64,000 bases of DNA from Sphyrna mokarran (GCA_024679065.1 JAGIQG010000008.1:20584001-20648000), one strand, 5' to 3'. Positions 1 to 12,964 are shown, counted from the first letter of the stretch. Translations and numbers: made by a program. Notes: a model not told the origin generated them from the sequence alone.

Positions 1-47
1 GTCTCACAAGTGCCTTATGATGACCATTACAGAGAATATAATCATCT

Positions 48-735
48 CCTCCTGGATGTTTGACAGTATTACTGTATCCCACCACCATAAACATCCTGGG
101 AATTGTAGTTGACAAGAAACTTAAATGGACAACCATAAAAATACTCTGACTTCAACAGCAGGTCAGAGGCTAGGAGGTATGTGGCAAATATCCCATCTCC
201 TGTCTACACAAAGCATGTCCACCATCTGCATGGCACATGTTAGGAATGGGATGGAATATTTTGCATGTGTTTGTCTGAGCTCCAATAATATTCAGGAAGC
301 TGAACTCCATTCAGAACAAAGCAGCTTACTTATTCAACATCCCATCTATCTCCTCGAGCATTCAATGCCTCCACTACCAATGCACAGAGGCAGCAGCGTG
401 TGTTCCATCTATAAGATGTACTGCAGCAACTTACTAAAGCTCCTTTGACAGCACCTTTCAAACCAGTGATCTCTACCATCTGGAAGGAAAGGGGAGGAGA
501 TTCATGGGAACATAACAACCTGCAAGTTCCCATCCAAACCATGTATATCCCTGACTTGGAACTATTCGTTCACAGTTGCTGGGTAAAAATTCTGGAACGC
601 CATTCCTCCAGCAACACAGGTTGGACTATGTGGACCACAGCAGTTTCGGAAGCTGCTCACCATCACCTTCTAAATGATGGATTCACTGGGCAACAAATGC
701 TGGCCTTGTCACTACAGCTCAGTTTTTGAATGAAG
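48..735 (+). mobile_element. Decayed CR1/L2-group LINE 3' fragment
   Basis: Translates to NILGIVVDKKLKW and AGQRLG...LSTQSMSTICMAHVRNGMEY, a LINE ORF2 C-terminus; related pieces at about 29125-29310, 42930-43140 and 46905-47320. Confidence 0.75.
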
Positions 736-756
736 TAAAGAATATACAATTAATAC

Positions 757-1120
757 TTTTCTTATTCATTTGTGGGATATGAGTGTTGCTGGCTGGCCAG
801 CATTTATTGCCCATCCCCAGCTTTCCTTGGTGGGGCAGTTGAGAGTCAACCACATTGCTGTGGCTCTGGAGCCATTGTAGGCCAGGCCAGGTAAGTTTGG
901 CAGATTTCCTTCCCTAAACGACTTCAGTGAACCAGACAGGTTTTTCCAATAATCAACATTGGTTTCAAGGTCATCAGTAGATTCTTAATTCCAGATTTTT
1001 CTCTATTGAATTTAATTTCCGCCATCTGCAATTATGGGATTTGAACCCTGGTCTCCAGAGCATTAGCTGAGGTTCTGGATTAATAGGCTAGCGATAATAT
1101 CATTAGACCATTACCTGCCC
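757..1120 (-). mobile_element. tRNA-derived SINE with LINE-like tail
   Basis: Minus-strand head with A-box-like tggtctaatg and B-box ggttcaaatcc; tail resembles the adjacent LINE 3' end; partial second copy at about 54560-54790. Confidence 0.65.
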
Positions 1121-1343
1121 TATCCTGTGGTGCTCACTGATTGTGGCACACAAGAGATGTGCTTCTTTTGGATGTTAGCAATTTATTTCCCAAGAGAAAA
1201 ATGAATACACACCAAGGTAGAATAATTAATAATTTAAAACCATCACTTTGAACTACCTTAATAATTTGGTGTGTGCATATCCTGCATGACAGAAAGAATC
1301 ATACAAGCCAATTAACAGATATCCAGTAGCAGACGCGTGACGA

Positions 1344-1396
1344 GAATAAACAGATGACTGGAATAAATAATGTCTGGAATAAACAGATGACTGGAA
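1344..1396. repeat. Short tandem repeat, about 17-bp unit x3
   Basis: gaataaacagatgactg, gaataaataatgtctg, gaataaacagatgactg. Confidence 0.75.
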
Positions 1397-3818
1397 CACA
1401 ATGGATGTTGATGCTATTTCTGGAGACAGTGTAACACCCACCTTACCCATTAACTCAATCTAATGGTGCACGATGCGTTAGAAAGCAGACAGAGCTAATA
1501 GGCACCGCAGCATCAGGTGTAGTACAGGCAGTTGTGAGATTAGGTCACAAGAAGGCACAAAGCCACTTCTTTCCTAGGAGGGATAGATTGATAGCCAGCC
1601 AACTGACAGGAGCTTAGTAACAGAGGCACAACTAAAATGCAATGGAAGTTCTGGAATATAAATGCCTTCCATTTCAAAATGACTGAAATAAATTGTTCAC
1701 AAGAGCTGTCTTATTCCTAAATCTCTGGACAGAGTTCCATCCAGCCCATGACAGTGGGCAACATGGCAGTGCGGCCAACTTAACTGCAAGAGAGGCTGCA
1801 CCTCTGTCTCACAGAGTGAGATGTGCCTGGTGTAGGAATCCTGCCTGCTAGTAGCAGGGTGCTAAATGGGCTCATTAATGAGAAAATTGATAGCTCCACC
1901 AGAATTTAGTGGTGGTCTCAGGGACTAAATGGGAGTCAGGTTGCTTTTCTGTGCTTGTTGAAAGCCATCTAGCAAACTCCATTGTCAGTGGCCTACTTGA
2001 GGGATCCTTGGCTATCAGGCCAACCGAGAAACCTGGCATTAGAAAGGAGAAGCCACTGAAAGCACCCCCTGTCCTTTCCTCAGAGTCTCCTGTTACCCTG
2101 CACCACCCCCCCCCCCAACCCATCACTAATACCACAGCACCCTATTCTATCCCATTTACTCCCAGCTCTTCCTCACTCACCTGAGTCCAGGGATCTAATA
2201 AACATCCCAGCTGATGTCACTGGGATACTACTGGCAGTGACTACAGCTCTTGATGGCCTCTGACTGGCTCTCAGCACATGGATTTCCAACAGCCTAGGTC
2301 CTAAATCCCAGGCAAAGCCGAGTCCCAGCCAATTAAGGACCTGATAGACACTTTCTGGTCAAGCTTCCCCTGTGGAAGCAACATGGCTTTCCTGCTGATT
2401 CTCTAGCCTGCGGGCAGAATCCACACTGGGAACATAAAATCCAGCTCTCTCTGTGGAAAGCAAGCAGCAGCAAAAGGCAACACATTATTTTTCCTGCTTG
2501 GCAGGGTTTTAGACATGAAGTTGACAAAGAGGCAGAGCCACATCCAATGACAGTAAAAGACAGGAAGAATGAACAAGAAATATGGCTGCTTGGGGAGTCA
2601 TTTGGTTCACTACAAGGAACTTATGTGCCATCAAAGTTATCGACTGTGGTGCATTCTTGTGTTAATAATGATATACTTTTTTTTACACCAAACTTAAGCT
2701 GCTTCTAGATGCTTACTTAGTGGAAAGAGTAATTGAGATGAAAGTAACCGTGTATTCTCTTGTGCTTGGCAATGATTCAACTGCAACCAACTGTTGCCTT
2801 ATATCTGATACTGTGTTAGTTGGTTGGTCTTGTCTAGATATCTAATGGCATTTGAGTGACAAGATGGTACGACTGAATGTAGCGCTGTCTTCAGAAGTAG
2901 CATTCTCCTCCACTATATTTTAGTCACGCCTCTACTACTAGGCACTCTGCCAATGTGCACATTGATCTGCATAGCAACGGATGGATTATGAACTGTGAAG
3001 TCTTATCTCAAAATTCTCTCCATCTGATACCCCATTTTATTATAGTTGGATGAGAAAGCTTTCTGCAGTGTACTGGAGTAGTCTGAGCATTCAACAATGA
3101 TACACCAATCATAATGTCTTGCTGTGGGCTCCACTGTGAATCGCCATGAAATTACTACAGAGATATGAAACATAACGATAAAACCATAACAGTAAAGCAA
3201 TGGTCTAGTATTTACCTGTTATTCCTCATGAACTATACAAAACAGTAAGTAACTATAACATGTTTAAATCAGATATGAGATTTCATTTTATTCTTTCTAT
3301 TCATTTTTTTGTTGCTTTCCCAGTTCCACACTGCCTGCTTTAAATGGAATGGCAGGGTAGTTAGGGTCATTGTGCCCCAGAAATTGAATTTCAAGTACAA
3401 CTCCAGGCTAAATTTCAAACTCAGGTTGCTGTGAATGGGTGTCCCAATGTGCTAAAGTGATCTTGATCCTGCCCAGAAGGACAGAACATTAATTCAACTG
3501 AGTTCTGCGTGCTTTTTTTCATACCTGTCTAATGAATGCTCACAATGGCACCCCATCAAGAAAAATGTCAATGTGGGGTGGTCTGCAGAGGATCAATCTG
3601 CACTGACATAGTTGGTAAATGATTCCGATCAGGTTGCCACATATAGTGAAGAACCTAAACCAGTGTAACATTACTAAATAAACATTAAACCTGGTAATTG
3701 GGTATTGATTATCAAGGGCAGGGTTCTCACTGGTCTCACATGCACTAAACTAGACATGAATTGTGACATGTGAAGCTGCGAAATTCTTGGTGTGTTGTGA
3801 CAACTGTTGGAGACATAC

Positions 3819-3900
3819 CGAAAATTCTTCTTGAAACTTCAGGTTGTTGTTAACACACAGGTCTTCTACATGCTGAAGGAATAACTTCTTGTTTATGGGC
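3819..3900 (-). CDS. PTPRQ: PTPRQ exon preceding PTP domain ([27 protein letters not shown])
   Basis: ccccacag acceptor, TCG|gtatgt donor, 82 nt, phase 2 to 0. Confidence 0.96.
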
Positions 3901-4444
3901 CTGTGGGGCAGATTGAATTTTAATCATTACAAATTCATAGAAGTTTTGTTCAAAGTTTGCCTTTTATGTATAGACCGTTCTGCTGATGAAGAAGTGTATT
4001 CAAAGATTATCTACAGTTAAGTCTTTGCACGTCTTGAGAATTAGGCACACTAATAAGGGTTTGATAAGGGTGATGTGTTTGAAGGGACGGTTAATATACA
4101 GTGGACACAACAAACTTGGAGGATTTTTGTACAACATGAAGTTCTTTTTCGGAATTTGCAATAAAAAGTAAGAATGCATTCAAAGAACCGTCATTCTAGT
4201 AATGACATCTTTCTTGCACTCTAAGGAATTTAAATAAACCCATATTGCTTCCAAAGCTGAAACACAGATATGTACGGTTCACTCCTGAGGGAGACAAAAA
4301 GTCCTTCTCCAGTTACCATGCAATTGGTCATGCTTTTATGATTTATACTGTTTGCTTTTTAATCTGACAGAAAATAGAAAGGAAATCATGTCAGATTTTA
4401 CCAAGCAATGAACAAAAATCACAGAGAAATTTGCAACTACTTAC

Positions 4445-4471
4445 TTGAGAGATTTCCTATAACTGAGTAAC
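4445..4471 (-). CDS. PTPRQ: PTPRQ 27-nt microexon (LLSYRKSLK)
   Basis: tctctgcattgcag acceptor, AA|gtaagt donor, phase 2-2; matches recalled mammalian LLSYRKSIK. Confidence 0.9.
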
Positions 4472-7049
4472 CTGCAATGCAGAGATTTTTCACAATTTTG
4501 TATTTTCTAGAAACACTTTGCATTTCTTTTATAGTAGTCATAATATACAAAAAGCAGCTTATAACATGGAATCTGCAACAAATATTATACTTTGCAAAAG
4601 CTGAGAACACGTCACATCCATTTATTAAACTAAATCAATATACGTGATTTAAACACAAAATTATTAAGGCCTCAAAACCATGTCATATATATGAACTCAG
4701 TATGATGAAATATAAAGAAAATTATAAAGTGCATACATAGAAAACTGCATTATTAAAAATAAGATGTTGAATTTTACAAGATTATTGGTATTTAATGTTC
4801 ATTTACTTTCAGAGATATTTTACTGACAGCTATTTCTTCCATTACGTTGCAAGACAGGCTAAAATGAAGGTTCATCCTGACTCGAAATGTTGGCTCTATT
4901 CTCTCTTCACAGATGCCGTCAGACCTGCTGAAATTTTATCACCCACCCCCGCCCACCATGGGAATTGGACAGGACGAGGGGTGGACCATGGAAAAGTCCA
5001 TTGACCTTGGGCAGGGTTTTACAGTATCGAGATACACGAGGCCATGAAATCCCGCCTGCTATGGTATGCTACTTTAGAGAAAAAAAGGTAAAGTGTGATT
5101 CTTGCCAGTAGGGAGAGTGGATGGAGTTTATTCATAGTGGGAAGCTGGCTGATGACTGCTAGAAAGGTGCCATGGCGCATGCGCCTGATCTCCCAATGCA
5201 CTATGCTTAATAATAAAAAATGCACTGGTAGTTGTCATTCCCCCAGACATCACCACTGCTATCTCAAACATCCCCCGCCCCCACCTCTCCTGTTCATGCT
5301 ACCTTTCTGGTTGCCTCCATTCACTTCCCATGCTGATCACCGCCCTTGTTCAGCTCCTGCCGGCTGATCACAGCCCTGTTCACTATCCCCTGGGTGATTG
5401 TCACCCCTGTCCACCTCCTTATCCAACTGTCATCCTCGTTTACCAATTGATCGCTGCCCTAGCTATCTCCAATGCAGAATACGTCACGCCCCACTTGCAG
5501 CCTCCCCTCCAACCCACTCTCCCTCCCCTTCAAGCCCCGCCCCTGCCTGTAGGCCCCACCCCTTCCCTTAGGCACTATCCCTTGGCACATCCTGGTAGCC
5601 AGTGCCAGGTCTCCTTGTGGGCAGTGCAAGGGTGCCAGGCTGCTTGGCAAGCAGTGCCAGGATTCCAGGCTAGCATTTCATGTGAAGGCATATTGGTCTC
5701 CACATGGTTGTGGGCTCCATTGGTGAGACCCAGATCAAACTAAGAGCCTGAGCCCTTGAAAATTTTCTAATTTTAAAAGCAAGTTCTGAAGGTCACATTA
5801 GCTGTGCACACTGCAACTTTCTTCCCTTGCTCAGGGGGTCAAGAATGTATTGTTGGAGTGAGTGGGTGGGTGCCTCGCTCATTTACTGAGCTCCTAACAA
5901 GCATGAGCGGCTGTGTAAAAGAAATACACTTTAAGTGGTAACTATCCCCACCTCCTCTGTTGAAATGAGATGTTCTCCCACTGAACCTAGGAGACTCCAG
6001 CATAGTCAATGCTGTCAGAATTACAGACCCAGGAATTTCAGGTCCATTCAATTTACTTTTATGTCGTCTATGCTCTCTATATTGTTTAAAAAGTAGAATT
6101 TCTGAATGGGCTTTCTTGAATGGAATCATTAACTATTTATTACTGTTGAGCTTTATTCCTTTTTTTAAAAAAAATTACTATGGGTCTATCCTTTAAATTC
6201 TAAACTGTCCATTTTCACAGATGTTCATATTTTTATGACATTTTTTCTAAATATGTATTTTACATTTAGAGTATTGATTTTACTCCAAGCAATTTTATAG
6301 CTGAATCTCACAGCTGGACAGAATTTTTTTTATTAAATTTGCTATGGTCATAAACGTATGTCAGTTTTCCATAACTATAACAGTAATATGCACACTGCAA
6401 GTGTTGCCAAGGAATTGCAAACCACTAAATATATTAATTTGTTAGCAGTAATAGAAACTTCTACAATGCGAAAGTGCAATAATGAAGGCACATCATTCTG
6501 TGGCCTTCTTTGTGCTAGCGTCACCTGGTTATAACATTACTAAAAAGCACAAGTATTAAATATTATGAACACTTCAATATCCATTTAGTGTTATTTTTAT
6601 CCTTACATGTAACAATAACTCAAAACTGAATAACAAAACAGACTCTGCAAACAGAAGCTAGAATGTTTCTTCTTCCAAAACATATTACATATCATGACAC
6701 CGAAATCATTATTCAAGTTATGTCATATTTAATCTATTAAAATGCTGAGAATGGTGGCAAAAATACTTGATCGTTCCTAATAATTTTTTTGGAAAATTAT
6801 TGGGGCAATCTTGAACCCACACTTGCTATCCTTAGGAAAGGAAGTCCTAGTGAAACCCGGAAATTACGAGATCATGATTTCTGATTTTCATCATCCCTCT
6901 TAAGTTCATGCCCATAAAGATGATGTTTTGTGGGGGAAGGTGTATTAGGCAGGGGAGGGGGTATTGCTGGCATTGACTGTTTGTGAATGGGTGGCAAGGG
7001 GTCCAATGCTGGTAATATTCATGGGGAGAGGGGTGGGGGTGAATAATGG

Positions 7050-7400
7050 GGTTTTGTACACATTGAGGAATTCTGTTTCCTTCTCCCCTTTACCTACCTC
7101 ACCTGTTCAATTAATATTAGGGTGGTTGAAATCTCCCATGATTATTTCCTTATGTTCTTTGACGCAATGCCAAATTTGTCTTCATATTTATTCCACCTCC
7201 TTTCCACTATTCACTGGACTGTAGATTACATTTATTAGTATGATGAAATCTTTAATATCTTGTACCTCAATCCATTTCGATTAAATTTCTGACTTTCTGA
7301 TAGCTACATATCGTTTTTCTACTACCATTATGTTATCCTGAGTAAGTACAGCTATTTCACCTCCTTATTTTCTCTCTCCAGCTTTTTCTAAATATGTCCA
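7050..7400 (-). mobile_element. CR1 LINE endonuclease fragment
   Basis: Minus-strand translation IIMGDFNHPNIN* (APE endonuclease GDFN motif) with stops. Confidence 0.7.
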
Positions 7401-8868
7401 TCGTTTTTATCTGATACATCTACTATAAGCAGACCATCAAGCCCCACCAAAGGAACAATCTGCCTATTACACTCAAGGTCACCTTCTTCCTTAACGTTTT
7501 GTGTGATGTTTCAGAATGTCAGAGATGACATCTGCAGACGACTTTCTGTACTCAAAATAACTAGTATTTAGTCGAACATTGCTGAGAAAGGCCAGGACTT
7601 TCATATTCTCTCACACTGGACAGCAACATATCACAATGTATTACAATGCTTGCCCAATTTTACAGCAATGTTCAATTTCCCAAAGTACAAAAAAAGTTAC
7701 TGCTAGCATCCATATGGCCATCTGAGTACCAGGTTTCTGCTGCTCCTTGGACACAACCTTCTGTTCCTCCTTAATTAGGAACTGTACCATATATGGTTCT
7801 GTGTTACCTCCTCAGGTGGAGAATCAGTATCTATTCAAATGTGTGTATCAATTCTGCTACTTGGAAGCATTGGTGAGAATTACTGTAAATTTCTGGCACT
7901 GCTTGATTAAAATTTCATTAATTGATAAAACACCTGATAAAATTAAATTGCAGCATTTTTGACTTATCACTCACTAACAGACATAGAAAGAAGGGTCATG
8001 TTCTTGGTTTGAAGTGTTAATTGGCTGCCCAAAGAGAAACGTAGCAGCCGTAAATTCATTTACCTGAACAAATTTCTATACTTTGTGAGAATTCAAACAT
8101 CCATGGTGCCTGAAAGCAGACCTACATACCAGCCTTCGCAAAATCTTGAAAGAGAAAAGAAGGTAAGGCCTGCAAGTCATTTCTCCCAATCCTTCTCCCC
8201 AAAATGGCTATCGTGGGACTCCCACCTCTGGCCCTGGGTTGAATTTATCTGTGTCCCCCGAGTCCTCTCTGGTGCCCTCTGAGCAGTGCATGCTACAAGG
8301 GTGCTGGCTACCTGAGCGCTCACCTCTGAATTCTCCCTCAGAAGTAAAGGTACCAGGTTCATGCTTATGTAGAGGGGTTGTTAAATGGCTATGCTGGAGC
8401 TTGCTGAATAACCAATGAGGGGGGCAAGTCCTGAGGAATGTGTTTACTCATGACATGTAATGTATTAAAATGAGCTTTTCAGGGTCCAGTGGTATGTTCC
8501 ATGTCACTCCACCGGTGAGGACTGGTAAGGTTGAAACTTGGCGGCGTGAATCATGCTGTCCGGGTTTTGAACATGTGCCCCATTCCTGTAGATAGAAAAT
8601 GTGGCTCAAAGTCGCCTCCATAGTATTTTGTATATGTACCAAAGGTTTTGTGTTACAGCCACAGGTTTTGCTGTCATTAAAACTAGGCTGTAAAGGTGCA
8701 CTCTGAATGATGGGCCAGATCTGATTGAAGAAATGATTGGTGACTCAGAATCTCAGACAATATTAAACAAAAAAGCCAAGCATTTGTTACACTGATGCAG
8801 ATCCCTATCTTGTCCTGGTCAACAGGCAAAGCTAACAGTCTGAGTAATAGATGTAGAACATTGAAAAG

Positions 8869-9146
8869 TTTATTTATTAATGTCACAAGTAGACTTACAT
8901 TAATACTGCAATAAGGTTACTGTGAAAATCCCCTCTTTGCCACACTCTGGCACCTACTTGAGTACACTGAGGGAGAATTTAGCATGGCCAATGTACCTAA
9001 CCAGCACATCTTTCGGATTTGGGAGGAAACCAAGCAGGCTCAGGGAGAATATGCAAACTCCACACAGACAGCTGACCTCAGCCAGGAATCAAATCAGATC
9101 TCTGGCGCTGAGAAGCAGCAATGCTAACTATTGTGCCACCAAGCAC
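8869..9146 (-). mobile_element. HE1-like V-SINE
   Basis: tRNA-like head, V-domain-like core (gtggagtttgcatattctccc), tail ending gtgacattaataaataaa. Confidence 0.85.
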
Positions 9147-9324
9147 TCATTTGTTGACTACTGCTCTAAGAGACAGTTTAAGTGTTTGAATTGAAAACCA
9201 CTCTGCATAATACTTTTTGTGGTTGTGTGTGTATGCTTGTGTGTCAACAAACGAGAAGGAGAACAAGACACATAAAGAACTTGGAGGAGGCTACTATACC
9301 GAATTTCCCAAATTTCCTTTCAAT

Positions 9325-9905
9325 CTAACAACAATATAGATATCATTCTACTAAAATTCCCCAAGGCACTCCACAGGAGATTTATTGAACAAAATGTAAC
9401 ATTGAGCTTCATAAAGAGATACTAGGAAGAGATGACCAAAAGCTTGGCTAGGGAGGTAGGTTTTAAGATACGTCTTAAAGTAGAAAACAGAGGTGGAGGG
9501 GCAGAGAGGTTTAGGCAAGGAATTTCAGAGCTGAGGTCCTGGAGTATCTAGGCAAGGCACCAAAAGGGAGTGATTGAAAGCAGGAATGCTCAAGAAGACA
9601 GAATTGGAAGAGTACAGATATCTTGCTGGATTATTGGGCTGGAGGTGAATGCAGAGAGGAGTGAGGCCACGGAGGGAATTGAAAATAATCATAAGATTTT
9701 TAAATTTCAGTCATTGCTTCAGTGTAGCTCAGTGAGCACAGAGCCGACGGGTGAACTGAACTTGATTAGAAGGAAAAACGTGGGCAGCATAGCTTTGGAT
9801 GACCTCAAGCTTGTGGAGGATAGAAGATGGGAGGCTGATTAGCAGAACATTCGAACAGTCATGTCTGGAGTTAATAAAGGTCTGGAGGAGGATTTCAGCT
9901 GAAGT
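9325..9905 (-). mobile_element. L2 LINE 3' fragment
   Basis: Minus translation LLQTFINSRHDCSNVLLISLPSSILHKLEVIQSYAAH resembles the L2 ORF2 motif SRLDYxNxLLxGLP...LQxIQNxAAR. Confidence 0.75.
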
Positions 9906-10206
9906 TAGGGTGGAATATAGAGAATGTGCTGGTGGTGGGGGATGGGCTGGTATAAAATGGCCAATAGCAGATTGGATACCCTTTTTACACCCTACATCAT
10001 TACCCTTCTCATTGCCCCTTTATTCTGAAATCACAGCCACTGATTTGGAAGTCATTTGGTAATCAGGTTTCTGAAATGCTGAAGTTTGGGGGTAGATTAT
10101 GCTAATTCCGCAGTTCCTGTTACAGTAACTTAATATACTTTTGCGTGAAATTGCACAATAATATGTTGGGATAGCAACACTTCAACAGACTGAGCACTTG
10201 ACTTAC

Positions 10207-10251
10207 TGGATAACATAAATTTCCTTGCGTCTAAAGAATAACGAGGAGTAA
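10207..10251 (-). CDS. PTPRQ: PTPRQ 45-nt cassette exon (YSSLFFRRKEIYVIQ)
   Basis: cctttcttccag acceptor with ACTAAC branch-point motif at 10276-10281, CA|gtaagt donor, phase 2-2, in frame; resembles a peptide recalled from some vertebrate PTPRQ isoforms. Confidence 0.85.
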
Positions 10252-11566
10252 CTGGAAGAAAGGAGTCATCAGAATGTTAGTTTGTAAATAACTAAAATAC
10301 TAATATTGAATGTCAGTGTGCAACATGCTTTAACATGTCAGAGCATGTGCTAGTAACACACAAGCATTGCTGTTGGTAAGCAGCTACATTCTTGCACAAT
10401 ACATGCAATTCTTTAAACCGAGTATCAAGACAGGTTCATGTACATCAAAAGTACCATGTTATCAAATAATTCATGCTTTAAACATGGTCACTCATAGAGG
10501 GATAATAAGTGCAAATGCAAATTAGTGATTTAGCAAACTAATGTAGCTACAAATATTCAACCCAAAAAGAAAACAGAAATGTGTGTTTTAAACTATCCAG
10601 AGCTGATGATAGTAGGCATGGAAGTACTGGGAAATAGTCTATGTGTTAATTAAAGAAAGAAAAACATCTAGTTGACTCATTTATTTTAGTTCTCCTTCAC
10701 ACACTGTCCTGAACTGAACAGTGCAGATAAAGTGAATGTTCTAATGGATCAAACCGATATACATTCCATATGCATATTCAATAGAAAGAAATTGAATACA
10801 GGGAATAAAACTGTCACAGTGCACATTTTAATCACTGTGTGGGATTATAAATGCCACCTGCAGATATGGGTGCTTTATGTTTGATTTTAAATCCTGTAAA
10901 TGCAGAAATGCTGAGGGAAACCATGCATGTGCTTTATTTATATCTATACTCAGACATAGTTTTCCTCCTCACCATCATTTTTATTTGCCGGGGGAATGGG
11001 TGGCATTGGAGAGTCAGCAATGGCACTGGAATTTTATCCACTGTGGAAATGACCTTGACTGAAGTGGCCTTTCTGATTTCTGGGTCACTTAAATGCAGGG
11101 AACTTCCCAGGTTATGTTGGGAAGTTTCACCAAAATGGGAACAGAATTTAACAATGGCAGACTTAAGTGCCACCAAACTTCCTGAAAAAAAATTAAAACT
11201 ATAATTACCAGTCTTCCTCCCTCATCAGTCTTTTCATGCTTTTTCAGTGTTTGCCTAAGCACAGACGTGAACAAAAACAAAATTGGGGCCCGCAGCTACT
11301 ATCCGGAAAACATTGGATCTGTTGGGCAGCACTTTCAGCCAAATAACTAAAGGACATAAGTTACAAAAAGCACACTGGATGGCATATTTCATTGAATTGC
11401 ATATACCTCACATATACAGCAGCCTGGGTATTGAATAATGGGCAAGACGCAAGGAAGTGGGAAAACAATGAATATGCTCCTGTACAGTTTTCCATCCCAA
11501 CCTGTTAGTTGATCTTCCAAAGAATTGGTGTGGAAAGAGGGCAAAAAGTCACGATATTTTATTTAC

Positions 11567-11891
11567 AGAATCATAGAATTCTACAATGTAGGAGGAGGCT
11601 ATTTGGCACATCAGGTCTGCACAGACTGTAATCCCACCCAAACCCTGTCCCCATTATCCCATGTATTTTACTCTAACTAGTCCTCTGACACTAAGGGCAA
11701 TTTAGCATTGCCAATCCAACTAACCCACACATCTTTGGACAGTGAGAGGAAACTGGAGCACTGGCAGGAAATCCACACAGATACGGGGAAAACGTGCAGA
11801 CGCTGCACAGAGAGTGACCCAAGACGGGAATAGAATCTGGATCCCTGGCGCTGTGAGGCAGCAGTATTAACCACTGTACCACTGTGCTGCC
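11567..11891 (-). mobile_element. HE1-like V-SINE with CR1-type tail
   Basis: Head ggcagcacagtggtacagtggtt, V-core, tail ending ttctatgattct. Confidence 0.88.
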
Positions 11892-12669
11892 TGAAGCTAT
11901 GCAAAAACAAATTATATTACTTCACCCTCCCTTACATTCTGGAAACTTTCTAAATGTTTTCAAACACAATTCCCTCATTATTATATTTTTAATTGATCAT
12001 TACTTTGCCAGCTTTTTATTCACTGCAATTAGGGGTAATGATTATCTGAATATTTGCTTAAGTTCTTCAAACTGCATGATGCGTAATAAAATTTTGTTAC
12101 AGAATGAAATATTTACTTGAATGAATAGCTCCTTAAAATTTGCAACATTTAGTGTACTTTTGAAAGAATGAGCATTTAAAAAAATTACAATTAAGGCAGA
12201 ATCTGAATATAATATTACATCAAGTACAGACAGTAAGCTGATTAAGTAGTTGCATACTAATGTTCACTCCTAAAACACTCTACCCTTCACAATCATTTTC
12301 TCTTGTCCCTGTGCACTGAACTTCTGATTTATTTGTTGAACCAATTGTGCCAAATCACAATCAAAATATAATTACAATTTATCATGTTAAAATAATGTAT
12401 CTTTAAAATAGTTGCTTAATCTTTCCCTAAAATCAATGAAAAAATGGTGACATCATCTTAAAGTAGAATCAAGTTGCTGCATTTTCTTTCATGAAAGAAA
12501 GATTGACTGCTTTTATGTACGTATGCGTGAAGTGTCCAAAAGATAGAGTTTGGCCTTTTAAGAAGGAGTTGAGTGACCTCAGTAAATAACAGCACTGCAA
12601 ACACTTCCAAACAAGTACAGGTCAGCATAGGGTCATGACTCTTTGGTTGCTAGGATGTTGGAAACTTAC

Positions 12670-12798
12670 CGTGTCAGCTTCTCTTCCTTTAGTTCTAGGT
12701 CTGTCACTGCAATCATCTGGTCCAGCTTGAATTTAGTGTCAATAATTTCTGCATCCCTTGGAGAGTATGTGCCCCCTTCCTTTTGCTTCTGTCTTATT
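12670..12798 (-). CDS. PTPRQ: PTPRQ cytoplasmic juxtamembrane exon ([43 protein letters not shown])
   Basis: ttatacag acceptor, CG|gtaagt donor, 129 nt, phase 2-2. Confidence 0.97.
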
Positions 12799-12964
12799 CT
12801 GTATAAGGATCACAGATACCAACATAACCCAGTATACACACCAGAAGAGATTACTAGAAATATTAAACCATTCCATTGGATGTAGGGTAATAGAAAATAA
12901 AGGATTTTCACACTGGACCCGATTTGAACTCTGGCAAAACAATGCAAAATTATCAAGAACTTTG

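Noticed and set aside
1-3818. PTP catalytic-domain exons
   Set aside because: I looked on the minus strand for the expected next exon (ELPK...KNRFPNI) and found none; it should lie left of the window.
3982-4010. ctgatgaagaagtgtattcaaag as a hammerhead core
   Set aside because: No GAAA, only a 3-bp stem and no Penelope-like flanks; likely chance.
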